DNA of 64,000 nucleotides from Alphaproteobacteria bacterium (GTDB lineage Bacteria; Pseudomonadota; Alphaproteobacteria; Rs-D84): NCBI GenBank assembly GCA_033345235.1, contig JAWPOC010000014.1, positions 73,085 to 137,084 of the forward strand, read 5' to 3'. Shown piece by piece: positions 10,244 to 18,668 of this stretch (position 1 is its first letter; each line of letters starts with the position of its first letter). The notes under the pieces were generated by a model. It saw only the letters and a program-made list of their open reading frames with translations, ran no database searches and was not told where the DNA came from. The position numbers and the translations under genes were made by a program.

Positions 10244-11202
10244 TACAGTGCTCCTTGGCATTCGTCGGCAACAGTTGCCGCGTGTTTAATTGCAGAAATC
10301 TGGGTCGCGTTAAATATAGTCGACGTTAAACTGGCCGCAGCCGTTGTACCGGCCATAACATTCGATACCGTATTCAAGTTCTTTTCTTGTTTGGCATCAC
10401 CACTGCGAACTTTATCACTGTTCGCACTGGCACTGGTGATTGTTCCAATCAAACCAAAGCCTGCGCCAATACCACTGGATACAGCCGCACCTGTTGCGCG
10501 TTTGTTAATTGGACTTAAATCAACCGTCGACCATTTATCACACGCAGAAATAATTTTGTCCGCCTGTGCGATTTCTGCAGATGTTGCACTGCCTTCGATA
10601 TGTGCCTGCATTTTAACATCGGCCAATCGTTTTACAGAACTGACACACGCGCCAATTCTGGCAGACAAATCTTCGTCGACTTTATTTGTACCCGCAATTG
10701 CAGCACCTGCGATATTTGTAACAGTTGCCGCCGCCATCGTACCTGTACGAACATTGCCCAATGTTTTAGATTGGGTGGTCAGTTCTTCCAGTTTTTTTAT
10801 GGTGTTTTCTTGTGCTGTTTTAATACTGGTATCGGTAATAGCTGATAACAGGTTTTGAATATCTTGTTTTGTATATGTGATTTTTTCCATTACACTGATT
10901 GCCGATGATTGTGATTTTTCTTTTAGTATTTCCATCAGCTGTTTTTCCAGTGCCGCAATGTCGGAATCAACACCTGCTTTGGCAATACCTGTTCCCAAGG
11001 CGACGCCGCCCGCAACAGTACCTGCGCCGGTTATTGCGGTATTAATTCCCGCTTTGGTTTTTAAATCGGACATTAATTCAGATATCCCGCCACAGTTTTG
11101 TCGTACGCTTTGCAGCGCCTGTGTCAGTTCAGATGAATCTGAAAATGCAACACTTGGCGTCAAAATTGCGCCCAGTACCAGTCCTTTGTATAAGTGTTTC
11201 AT
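10243..11202 (-). CDS. secreted Ala/Gly/Thr-rich protein, hypothetical (first gene of a two-gene operon)
   Basis: The start is MKHLYKGLVLGAIL with an AGGGGA RBS. It has a signal peptide ending VAFS and a low-complexity AGT-rich body. Confidence 0.5.
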   Translation of the reverse strand: MKHLYKGLVLGAILTPSVAFSDSSELTQALQSVRQNCGGISELMSDLKTKAGINTAITGAGTVAGGVALGTGIAKAGVDSDIAALEKQLMEILKEKSQSSAISVMEKITYTKQDIQNLLSAITDTSIKTAQENTIKKLEELTTQSKTLGNVRTGTMAAATVTNIAGAAIAGTNKVDEDLSARIGACVSSVKRLADVKMQAHIEGSATSAEIAQADKIISACDKWSTVDLSPINKRATGAAVSSGIGAGFGLIGTITSASANSDKVRSGDAKQEKNLNTVSNVMAGTTAAASLTSTIFNATQISAIKHAATVADECQGAL

Positions 11203-11570
11203 TATTCTTCCCCTAAAGTTAAAAAAATAAACCGCAGCAAAGACAACAGCGGCCGGGGGGTTCACAATCAGGTTATTAATGATTCCATTTGCTTTCGGGC
11301 GAACCCTGTTTTATGGCAAATAGCCCCCCGACCTATTACAGTCAGGGACAAAAGGCGATGCAAAACCACAGGAACGTTATCCAATATGGTACATTTTGTC
11401 GTTTCGCACCGAATAACCGAGGTGTGTGAAAACCCCAAACCGGTATCTCTACCAATTCAAAGAATATCGTACCATAAATCCAAAATTATGTCAATCTGGG
11501 GCAGTATAAATACGATGTTGTTTTTTTTAATCGTTGACCTGTGGCGTGATTTTTTATTAACCTGTAAGTT

Positions 11571-12737
11571 ATGAAAAGAATTTTCCTGTTTATCGTTGGA
11601 ATAATGATGTGTGTGTCTGCAAATGCCGCACAGTATCGGGCTGCTTTGGTTGCAGATATGGATACAGGACGTGTGTTGTATCAAGAAAATGCAAATGAAT
11701 TAAATTATCCGGCCAGTTTGACAAAGATAATGACATTGTATTTAACTTTTGATGCGTTGGAACATAAACGCTTGAATCTGGATGATTATTTAATTGTATC
11801 CCAGACTGCCGCAAATGCAGAGCCTGTCAAGTTAGGATTGGCTGCAGGCGCAAAGATAAGGGTCGAAGATGCAATCAAGGCGGTTGCGGTATACAGTGCA
11901 AATGATGTTGCCCGCGTTCTGGCAGAAAACTTAAAAGGTGGCCAAGAAGAATCTTTTGCAGATTTAATGACGCGTGTTGCACGTGAAATTGGATTGCAAA
12001 ATACTAACTTTGAAAATTCTTCGGGGTTACCAAACGATGATCATTTGTCGACAGCGCGCGATATTGCATTATTGTCAATGGCGGTGTACAAGCACTTTCC
12101 ACAATATTGGCATTTCTTTGGTATTAAAACATGGACGTACAAGGGGAAAACATATACAAATGGTAATCGATTGCTGACTTCTTTTCGTGGATGTGATGGA
12201 ATGAAAACTGGTTATACGAAAAAATCAAAGTACTCATTGGTTGCCACTGCACATCGTGATAATCATCATCTGATGTCGGTCGTTTTGGGCGCTGAAAATA
12301 AAGACGTGCGCGCGAATGTTTCTGCCCAAATGTTGAACAAAGGCTTTTCGATGTTAAATAATGGCGATACGCCTGTTGCGGTCAGTACGCCTGTTAAACC
12401 AATTCAGGCTGAAAATAGTTCATCGCAAACATTTGTAGGTGCATATAAAAATGCAACTGCTGCGGCCAGCTCAAAATACATTGCAGAATCTGTTGTGACT
12501 GATACAGGGTCGGTGGCCAAAGGTGGTGCAGGTGTTCAGTTCGGTGCATTTTCATCCCAAGGTTCTGCAGAAAAACATGTAAAGAATATCAAAGAAAAAG
12601 TAGGTGTTAATGCCGTTGTTGAACCGAATGGTTCTGGACTGTTTCGTGTAAGACTTTATGGTGTTAGTGATGCGGATGCACAAAAAATAAAAGCGTCTGC
12701 CATTGCAAATGGAATTGACAGTTATGTGTTTCACTAG
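11571..12737 (+). CDS. D-alanyl-D-alanine carboxypeptidase (PBP5/6 class) with C-terminal SPOR domain
   Basis: It has a signal peptide and the motifs SLTKIMT (SxxK), SAND (SxN) and KTG. The C-terminal segment GVQFGAFSS...LFRVRLYGVSDADAQ is a SPOR fold. Confidence 0.8.
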   Translation: MKRIFLFIVGIMMCVSANAAQYRAALVADMDTGRVLYQENANELNYPASLTKIMTLYLTFDALEHKRLNLDDYLIVSQTAANAEPVKLGLAAGAKIRVEDAIKAVAVYSANDVARVLAENLKGGQEESFADLMTRVAREIGLQNTNFENSSGLPNDDHLSTARDIALLSMAVYKHFPQYWHFFGIKTWTYKGKTYTNGNRLLTSFRGCDGMKTGYTKKSKYSLVATAHRDNHHLMSVVLGAENKDVRANVSAQMLNKGFSMLNNGDTPVAVSTPVKPIQAENSSSQTFVGAYKNATAAASSKYIAESVVTDTGSVAKGGAGVQFGAFSSQGSAEKHVKNIKEKVGVNAVVEPNGSGLFRVRLYGVSDADAQKIKASAIANGIDSYVFH

Positions 12738-12742
12738 GTACA

Positions 12743-13351
12743 GTGTGTGGTGTTATGAATCCAAAGATTGAAAAATTAATAAAATTATTTGCAAAATTAC
12801 CACGTGTTGGTGCACGTGGGGGTCAACGTATTGCCCTGTCGTTATTACAAGATAAGTCAGGGCGTGCCATAACGTTGGCAAATGCGATTGTTGACGCGAC
12901 TGAAAATATTGCGCCTTGTCCGAATTGTGGTGTTTTAACCGACAGGGGATGCGCGTGCGAATTTTGTCGTGACGTGTCACGTGCAAATGGTCAGTTATGT
13001 GTTGTTCGTGATTTGTCAGATGTTTGGACACTGGAAAAATCATCTGTGTTTCATGGCCGCTATCATATAATTGGTGGTCTGTTATCTGGGGCGTCTGGTG
13101 TTTTGCCCCAAGATTTAAATGTTGCGAATTTGTTCGACAGAATACAGCAAGAAAATATAACAGAAGTTATTTTTGCATTACCAAACACTGTCGAAGGAAA
13201 AACAACCCAGCATTATATTATGTCGATACTTGATGGTTGTGATGATGTCGTGTTTTCTGAATTGGCGTCTGGGGTGCCATTGGGTGGTGATTTAGATTAT
13301 TTGGATGATGGTACGTTAACATTGGCATTTGGGGGACGGAAATCGTTATAA
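12743..13351 (+). CDS. recR: recombination protein RecR
   Basis: It has a HhH motif, a CPNCGVLTDRGCACEFC zinc finger and a Toprim domain. Confidence 0.9.
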   Translation: MCGVMNPKIEKLIKLFAKLPRVGARGGQRIALSLLQDKSGRAITLANAIVDATENIAPCPNCGVLTDRGCACEFCRDVSRANGQLCVVRDLSDVWTLEKSSVFHGRYHIIGGLLSGASGVLPQDLNVANLFDRIQQENITEVIFALPNTVEGKTTQHYIMSILDGCDDVVFSELASGVPLGGDLDYLDDGTLTLAFGGRKSL

Positions 13352-13354
13352 GAT

Positions 13355-14179
13355 ATGACAGATAAAATTTCATCTTTGCCGCCTGTATCTGAGATGATGC
13401 GTGAATGCGGATTGGAACCTAAAAAACAGTTTGGTCAGAACTTTTTATTCGATTTGAATTTAACAGGTCGGATTGCGCGCAGTGTTCCCAATATTTCCAG
13501 TATCCCTGTTGTCGAAGTTGGGCCTGGGCCTGGGGGACTGACACGTGCAATATTGTTGGCGGGTGCGCAACGCGTTATTGCAATTGAGAAAGATAAAACG
13601 ACTATGCCTATTTTGTCTCAGATTATAGATGCGTCTGATGGTCGTTTGAATGTTATTTATGATGATGCGCTACGGGTTGATTTTTCTGCGCTGGGGTTTG
13701 CGTCTTATGCGATATGCGCGAATTTGCCGTATAATGTCGGAACAGAATTGTTAATCGGATGGCTGCATAAGATTGCGCGTGGCGAGCATATTGAATCTTT
13801 GACATTGATGTTTCAACGCGAAGTTGCCCAACGTATAACTGCCCAGGTTGGTGATGAGCATTATGGGCGTTTGGCAGTTTTGACGTCTTTGATTGCAGAC
13901 GCGTCAATATTATTTGATGTTCCAAATACTGCGTTTGTTCCACGACCAAAGGTGCAAAGTGCAGTTGTTCAAATTATTCCAAATCAAGAAAAAATATCAC
14001 GAATATCAGACTTGTCAAAAATAGAACGAATCACAGCTAAATTATTCGGTCAGCGTCGCAAGATGATACGTGGTATTATTCCAAATGTCGATTGGTCGCG
14101 TTTTTCATTAAGCGGAACCGAGCGTGCCGAGAATCTGTCACCAGAAACATTTGCATTAATTGCGGATAATCTGTTATAA
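13355..14179 (+). CDS. rsmA: 16S rRNA (adenine1518/1519-N6)-dimethyltransferase
   Basis: The KKQFGQNFL and VVEVGPGPGGLT SAM motifs are present. Confidence 0.9.
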   Translation: MTDKISSLPPVSEMMRECGLEPKKQFGQNFLFDLNLTGRIARSVPNISSIPVVEVGPGPGGLTRAILLAGAQRVIAIEKDKTTMPILSQIIDASDGRLNVIYDDALRVDFSALGFASYAICANLPYNVGTELLIGWLHKIARGEHIESLTLMFQREVAQRITAQVGDEHYGRLAVLTSLIADASILFDVPNTAFVPRPKVQSAVVQIIPNQEKISRISDLSKIERITAKLFGQRRKMIRGIIPNVDWSRFSLSGTERAENLSPETFALIADNLL

Positions 14180-14209
14180 TACACTTTAAGTAATAAGGGG
14201 AGAGAGAAA

Positions 14210-15919
14210 ATGTCAGTGTCAATACTACTGTTTTTTGCGGTCTTGTTTTTTTTAGTCTATGTTATGCGTGTTGCAAAGATTGGTGCGTTGGTCGCGTTTT
14301 TATTGGCGGGGGTACTAAGTGGGCCGTATGTTTTTAATTTATTTGAATTAAACAGTACGTGGACATTTCTTGGGGATTTAGGTATTTTATTTTTGTGGTT
14401 TAATATTGGTCTGGAAATTAATATGACCAGATTGTGGCGGTTGCGTCGCACTATTTTTGGTTTTGGTGCCGCCCAAGTTTTAATGGTTGTTGTTATGTTT
14501 TTCCCATTGTTGTTCAGTTTTACAAATTGGTCGGTTTTGGGATGTATAATGGTTGCAATGTTATTGGCAATGTCCAGTACATCAGAAGATTTGCAGTTGC
14601 TGACGGAAAGAAATCAAATTAACACAGATGTTGGTCGTCAGACTTTTTCAATATTGTTATTCCAAGATTTATTGGCGATACCATTGTTGGCGATGTTGCC
14701 AGTATTTGCAGGCAAGTCTTTTAGTCTGGGGGCTGCGGCCATAGATGTTATTGTTATTTCTGTTGCGTTGGTTTTATCGGTTATTGTTGTTGGTCGTTTT
14801 GTGATGACACCTTTGTTCCGCGTTGTTGCAAAAATAAAATCCAAAGAAGCGTTCTTGTTGACGGTTATGTTAAATATAGTTGCTTGGGCGATATTGATGG
14901 ATTTAATGGGGTTGCCTGCGGGCTTGGGGGCATTTTTGGCTGGTATGTTAATGTCTGAAACAATATACCGTCATGAAATCACAGCAGGCATTATGCCATA
15001 TTCTACATTGTTCTTGGCCTTGTTCTTTGTGTATCTGGGAATGGGGTTGAATTTGTCAGTTCTGGCAGAACATTGGGAAATGGTATTGTTTGGTCTGATT
15101 GCATTGGTCGCGTTAAAGTTCTTTGCGATATATTTAGTTGCACGTGTTCGTGGGTTGAATAATTCAGACTCTTCAATGATTGCCTTGTTGTTGGCCCAAG
15201 GTGGCGAATTTGCACTGTTGATGTTGCAAACGTTAAAAGTCAGTGGGATTGAAGCCTTGCCAATTCAACACAAAGAAATTTTAACTGCAGTAATAATACT
15301 GTCTATAATGTTAACACCATTGTTGTTATGCGTATATGATTATATACATCGCAATGGAAAATTTGTATCGAAACGTGTTGCACGCACGTTAAGTTATACA
15401 GAACAACAAAATCCAGAAGTTGTGGTTTGTGGTTTTGGTCGCGTTGGGCAAATTATATGTAAAATGCTAGAGACACAAAAAATTTCATATGTTGCAATTG
15501 ATTTGGATGTTGCAGCTGTGATGATGGGACGTGAACAAGGGTTTAATGTTGTCTATGGTGATGCGACAAATCGCGATGTTTTGCAAGAGTTTGGTTTGCG
15601 TGCGCGCAAGACTCGTGCAGTTGTCGTTGTGATGGATAATGCCAGCACTGCGCGTAAGTCAATTGCGATGATAAAGTCAATTGCACCACGTGTTGCGATA
15701 TTTGCACGTGCACGCACATTGGCTGATTCACAGGTCTTGTTGCAAGAAAAAATCAATGCTGCAACCCCAGAAACCATAGAATCATCGTTCTTTTTAGGTT
15801 ACAGTGTTTTAGAACACTTGGGTGTTTCAGAACGCAAGATTGATGACTTGCTGGAAAGTATGCGCGCAGATAATTATTCTATGTTAATTGCGCTGGCATC
15901 AGGCAAGTTGTATAAATAA
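14210..15919 (+). CDS. CPA2-family K+/H+ antiporter (Kef-type) with C-terminal RCK/TrkA-N domain
   Basis: It has about 12 TM helices followed by VVVCGFGRVGQ, a Rossmann GxGxxG motif. Confidence 0.8.
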   Translation: MSVSILLFFAVLFFLVYVMRVAKIGALVAFLLAGVLSGPYVFNLFELNSTWTFLGDLGILFLWFNIGLEINMTRLWRLRRTIFGFGAAQVLMVVVMFFPLLFSFTNWSVLGCIMVAMLLAMSSTSEDLQLLTERNQINTDVGRQTFSILLFQDLLAIPLLAMLPVFAGKSFSLGAAAIDVIVISVALVLSVIVVGRFVMTPLFRVVAKIKSKEAFLLTVMLNIVAWAILMDLMGLPAGLGAFLAGMLMSETIYRHEITAGIMPYSTLFLALFFVYLGMGLNLSVLAEHWEMVLFGLIALVALKFFAIYLVARVRGLNNSDSSMIALLLAQGGEFALLMLQTLKVSGIEALPIQHKEILTAVIILSIMLTPLLLCVYDYIHRNGKFVSKRVARTLSYTEQQNPEVVVCGFGRVGQIICKMLETQKISYVAIDLDVAAVMMGREQGFNVVYGDATNRDVLQEFGLRARKTRAVVVVMDNASTARKSIAMIKSIAPRVAIFARARTLADSQVLLQEKINAATPETIESSFFLGYSVLEHLGVSERKIDDLLESMRADNYSMLIALASGKLYK

Positions 15920-16017
15920 GAAAAATATATCGTATAAAATGTCCCAATGCTGGGACATTTTATTTGATTTTGTTATTACATATTGTTATATTTCAACAGA
16001 AATACAGGAAAGATAAA

Positions 16018-16554
16018 ATGAAAAAGACTGTTTTAATTCTGCTGATGATTCTGGGTGTTGTAATATTGGATCAATTTTCCAAAGGTGTATTGTTGTATTT
16101 AATAACAGGTGGTGTGCCTTTGTTTGGGGCTGCGTGGGATGTTGTTCCTGTTCCATATTTGATGACACCTGTGTTGAATTTCTTTAACATAGTATTTACG
16201 TGGAATCCTGGTACATCTTTTTCATTATTTCGTGCATTGGGTGAAAGTGCGCCTGTGTTGATTATCTTGGCAACCAGTGGAATTATTCTATGGATATTAT
16301 ATTATTTATTCCACAAGGCACAAAGATATGAAATCTTGCCTTTGGCGTTAATCGCGGGCGGGGCGATTGGTAATTTAATAGATAGAATTCGCTTTGGTGC
16401 AGTGGTTGATTTTCTTGATTTTCATATTGGTGGTTATCATTGGCCTGCATTTAATATTGCAGATATATGTATTGTTGTTGGCGTTGGTTTATACTTGATA
16501 ATGTGGTATGTCGAACGTCGTAAATGTTTAAAATTAACAAAGGGTGGTAAATAA
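16018..16554 (+). CDS. lspA: lipoprotein signal peptidase II
   Basis: It has four TM helices and the motifs NPGTSFSLF and FNIADICIVVG. Confidence 0.85.
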   Translation: MKKTVLILLMILGVVILDQFSKGVLLYLITGGVPLFGAAWDVVPVPYLMTPVLNFFNIVFTWNPGTSFSLFRALGESAPVLIILATSGIILWILYYLFHKAQRYEILPLALIAGGAIGNLIDRIRFGAVVDFLDFHIGGYHWPAFNIADICIVVGVGLYLIMWYVERRKCLKLTKGGK

Positions 16555-16556
16555 TT

Positions 16557-18122
16557 ATGGTTCAGTATATGGATAATAATTCTGGTTTTAATCAGTGGAA
16601 CGCGAACAGAAATGCAACGGCCAAGAAAGGGGGCTTTTCCAGTTTTATTCGTTGGATGGTAATATTCTTTATTGCGTGGTGGTTGGTTGGTTTAATTGCG
16701 TCACCAAAACAAAAGGCGCAAACAAGTGCTACAGAAGTCACAAGTGTTGATGTGTCATCTGTTCCTGTGACCACTGTTCAGACAGACAGTTTAAGTGCGT
16801 CTGTCCAAGGGCTGCGTGTGTCTGATGTAAAATTATCTGGGTATACTGTTTCGGCTGATACATCAGAATTGGTTACTTTGTTGGGTGGCGATAATGATTA
16901 TGTCGAAGTTGGTTTGATGGCCACCGGTACCAGTGCGCCTGTTGCGACGACTGTATGGCGTAACAAAGATGGTGCATATACATGGCGTAATTCAGATGGT
17001 GTTGAATTTGTGCGTAATATATCGGTTGACGGATACGTTATCAAGGTCACAGATACAATATCAAATAAATCTGGCAAAGATGTATCTTTTGCGCCATATG
17101 CACATATTGTTCGCAGCAATGATATGAAATCTGCATCTGGTGTTACCAGTGGCGCAATATCATACGTTAATTCAGATGTCGAAGACGTTCCTTGGGCAAA
17201 GTTGAACAAGAAATCATATGCATATTCTACAACGAATGGCTTTACAGGATTTGCAGATCAGTATTGGACAACTGTCGCATCGATTAATAGTCCAGATCAA
17301 ACAATACGTGTAAAGAAATCTGGCGATAAATATGCGGCTGATGTATCTGCGGCGGCTGTTTTAATTCCTGCGGGTCAGACGGGTTCTATCACAACAAACT
17401 TGTTCGTTGGTCCACGTGATCAGAATGTTTTAGATGTCGCGCAACAGCATATTCATGGCTTAGGTGAAATCATAGATTATGGTTGGTTTTGGTTTTTGGC
17501 GCGTCCAATGTTGTGGATTTTAAATGGCATACATTCTGTTGTGATGAATTATGGTGTTGCGATAATAATTATGACGATATTGTTGCGCCTGCTGTTGTGG
17601 CCATTAACACGCAAGTCTTATACATCAATGGCTGCGATGCAGAAGATGCAGCCTGAAATGCAGCGTATTCAGAAACTGTATGCAAACGATAAAATGCGTA
17701 TGCAGATGGAAATGATGAAGTTGTACCAGACACATAAAACATCGCCGATGTCTGGCTGTCTGCCGATGTTGATTCAAATACCAATCTTTTTCGCATTGTA
17801 CAAAGCACTATTAGTATCGGTTCAAATGCGCAGCGCACACTTTTTGTGGATATCAGATTTATCAGCGATGGATCCATACTTTATCTTGCCGATATTAATG
17901 GGTGTGACAATGTGGTTGCAACAGCGTCTGCAAACTGGCGTTCAGAAAAAGACAGGTGCCAAGAATGATGCATTGGCCCAGACACAAAAGATGATGCAAT
18001 GGATGCCGATATTGTTTGTTGTAATGTTTGCATGGATGCCGGCAGGTTTAGTGTTATATTGGACAGTATCTAATATATTTGGAATAATCCAAATGGAGAT
18101 AATAAAAAAGCGTCAAAATTAA
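16557..18122 (+). CDS. yidC: membrane protein insertase YidC
   Basis: It has a periplasmic beta-sandwich domain and a 5-TM core. The C-terminal region carries YWTVSNIFGIIQ. A terminator follows at 18127-18150. Confidence 0.9.
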   Translation: MVQYMDNNSGFNQWNANRNATAKKGGFSSFIRWMVIFFIAWWLVGLIASPKQKAQTSATEVTSVDVSSVPVTTVQTDSLSASVQGLRVSDVKLSGYTVSADTSELVTLLGGDNDYVEVGLMATGTSAPVATTVWRNKDGAYTWRNSDGVEFVRNISVDGYVIKVTDTISNKSGKDVSFAPYAHIVRSNDMKSASGVTSGAISYVNSDVEDVPWAKLNKKSYAYSTTNGFTGFADQYWTTVASINSPDQTIRVKKSGDKYAADVSAAAVLIPAGQTGSITTNLFVGPRDQNVLDVAQQHIHGLGEIIDYGWFWFLARPMLWILNGIHSVVMNYGVAIIIMTILLRLLLWPLTRKSYTSMAAMQKMQPEMQRIQKLYANDKMRMQMEMMKLYQTHKTSPMSGCLPMLIQIPIFFALYKALLVSVQMRSAHFLWISDLSAMDPYFILPILMGVTMWLQQRLQTGVQKKTGAKNDALAQTQKMMQWMPILFVVMFAWMPAGLVLYWTVSNIFGIIQMEIIKKRQN

Positions 18123-18126
18123 AGAA

Positions 18127-18150
18127 TGCCCAAATTGGGCATTTTTTCTT
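18127..18150 (+). terminator. rho-independent terminator after yidC
   Basis: The hairpin GCCCAAATTGGGC is followed by TTTTTT. The same hairpin recurs after the repeat-protein gene at 21180-21200. Confidence 0.8.
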
Positions 18151-18165
18151 TCTCATAAAAACACC

Positions 18166-18450
18166 TTGCCTGATTTTTATAGTTTCGTTATAATGCAAAT
18201 GTCACTGGGGGCATCCAGTGATGGGGTGTCAAGACCCGTATAACAGCGTCTGAGCAAGAAATCAGTGCGCCGATTGGCGTATTTTTTACGCCCAGATGAA
18301 AAATAAACTCCTGACCGGTGAAAAAGGTCAGGAGGGCTGCGAATATATCGAATAAGCACACAATTCTGTTAATTGTCTTGAACCTCCTGACCACATTGAA
18401 TAACTAATGCGTGTGGTTTCTTTTTTAACACGAAAGAAAGGAATCAGGGG
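18166..18450 (+). promoter_or_regulatory. sigma70-type promoter plus conserved structured 5' leader (copy A) upstream of the small-secreted-protein gene
   Basis: The -35 TTGCCT (18166-18171), a 17-nt spacer and the -10 TATAAT (18189-18194) are present. The leader contains the hairpins CACTGG/CCAGTG and CTCCTGACC/GGTCAGGAG (18308-18334). A second CCTCCTGACC (18383-18392) runs into a terminator-like hairpin CCACA...TGTGG plus T-run (18391-18427). The region is about 90% identical to 40668-40951. Confidence 0.5.
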
Positions 18451-18657
18451 ATGAGACTGTTTGTATTTTTAATTTTAATTTTCACATCATCGGCATCTGC
18501 CGCCAGTGTGGCGTCTGTGCGTTATGTCGACGAATGCGTCGCAACCAAGGTCAGTATGGTCGAAGGTACTAATAACCAGATGAAAGGCATATATAATGTC
18601 ACAGGCTCTGGATATATGGATGTTCCAACGCCAGACTTACCAGATTTTCCAGAATAA
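18451..18657 (+). CDS. small secreted protein, paralog A of a 3-member family
   Basis: 68 aa. It has a signal peptide MRLFVFLILIFTSSASAAS. It is paralogous to 40952-41155 and more distantly to 46053-46316. Confidence 0.6.
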   Translation: MRLFVFLILIFTSSASAASVASVRYVDECVATKVSMVEGTNNQMKGIYNVTGSGYMDVPTPDLPDFPE

Positions 18658-18668
18658 TACGGGGGTGG

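Noticed and set aside
10391-11230. Plus-strand ORFs (155, 81 and 117 aa) rich in Ala/Pro/Thr
   Set aside because: They are mirror-frame artefacts of the low-complexity Ala/Gly/Thr-rich gene on the minus strand. They have no RBS and no independent support.
11256-11332. SRP/4.5S RNA candidate based on G/C-capped stem
   Set aside because: The conserved CCGGAAGGAAG domain-IV motif is missing on both strands. A much better SRP candidate exists at 41308-41410.
18195-18360. Leader peptide (uORF AUG at ~18296) driving attenuation
   Set aside because: The uORF frame and length are not conserved between the two copies (19 versus 5 codons) and there is no SD. This is not convincing as a conserved leader peptide.
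18195-18450. Assignment of the conserved leader to a known riboswitch class (SAM-II, ZTP, fluoride, Mn, cobalamin, glycine)
   Set aside because: None of the class-defining conserved nucleotides I can recall are present. I therefore report it as an unclassified attenuator-like leader.
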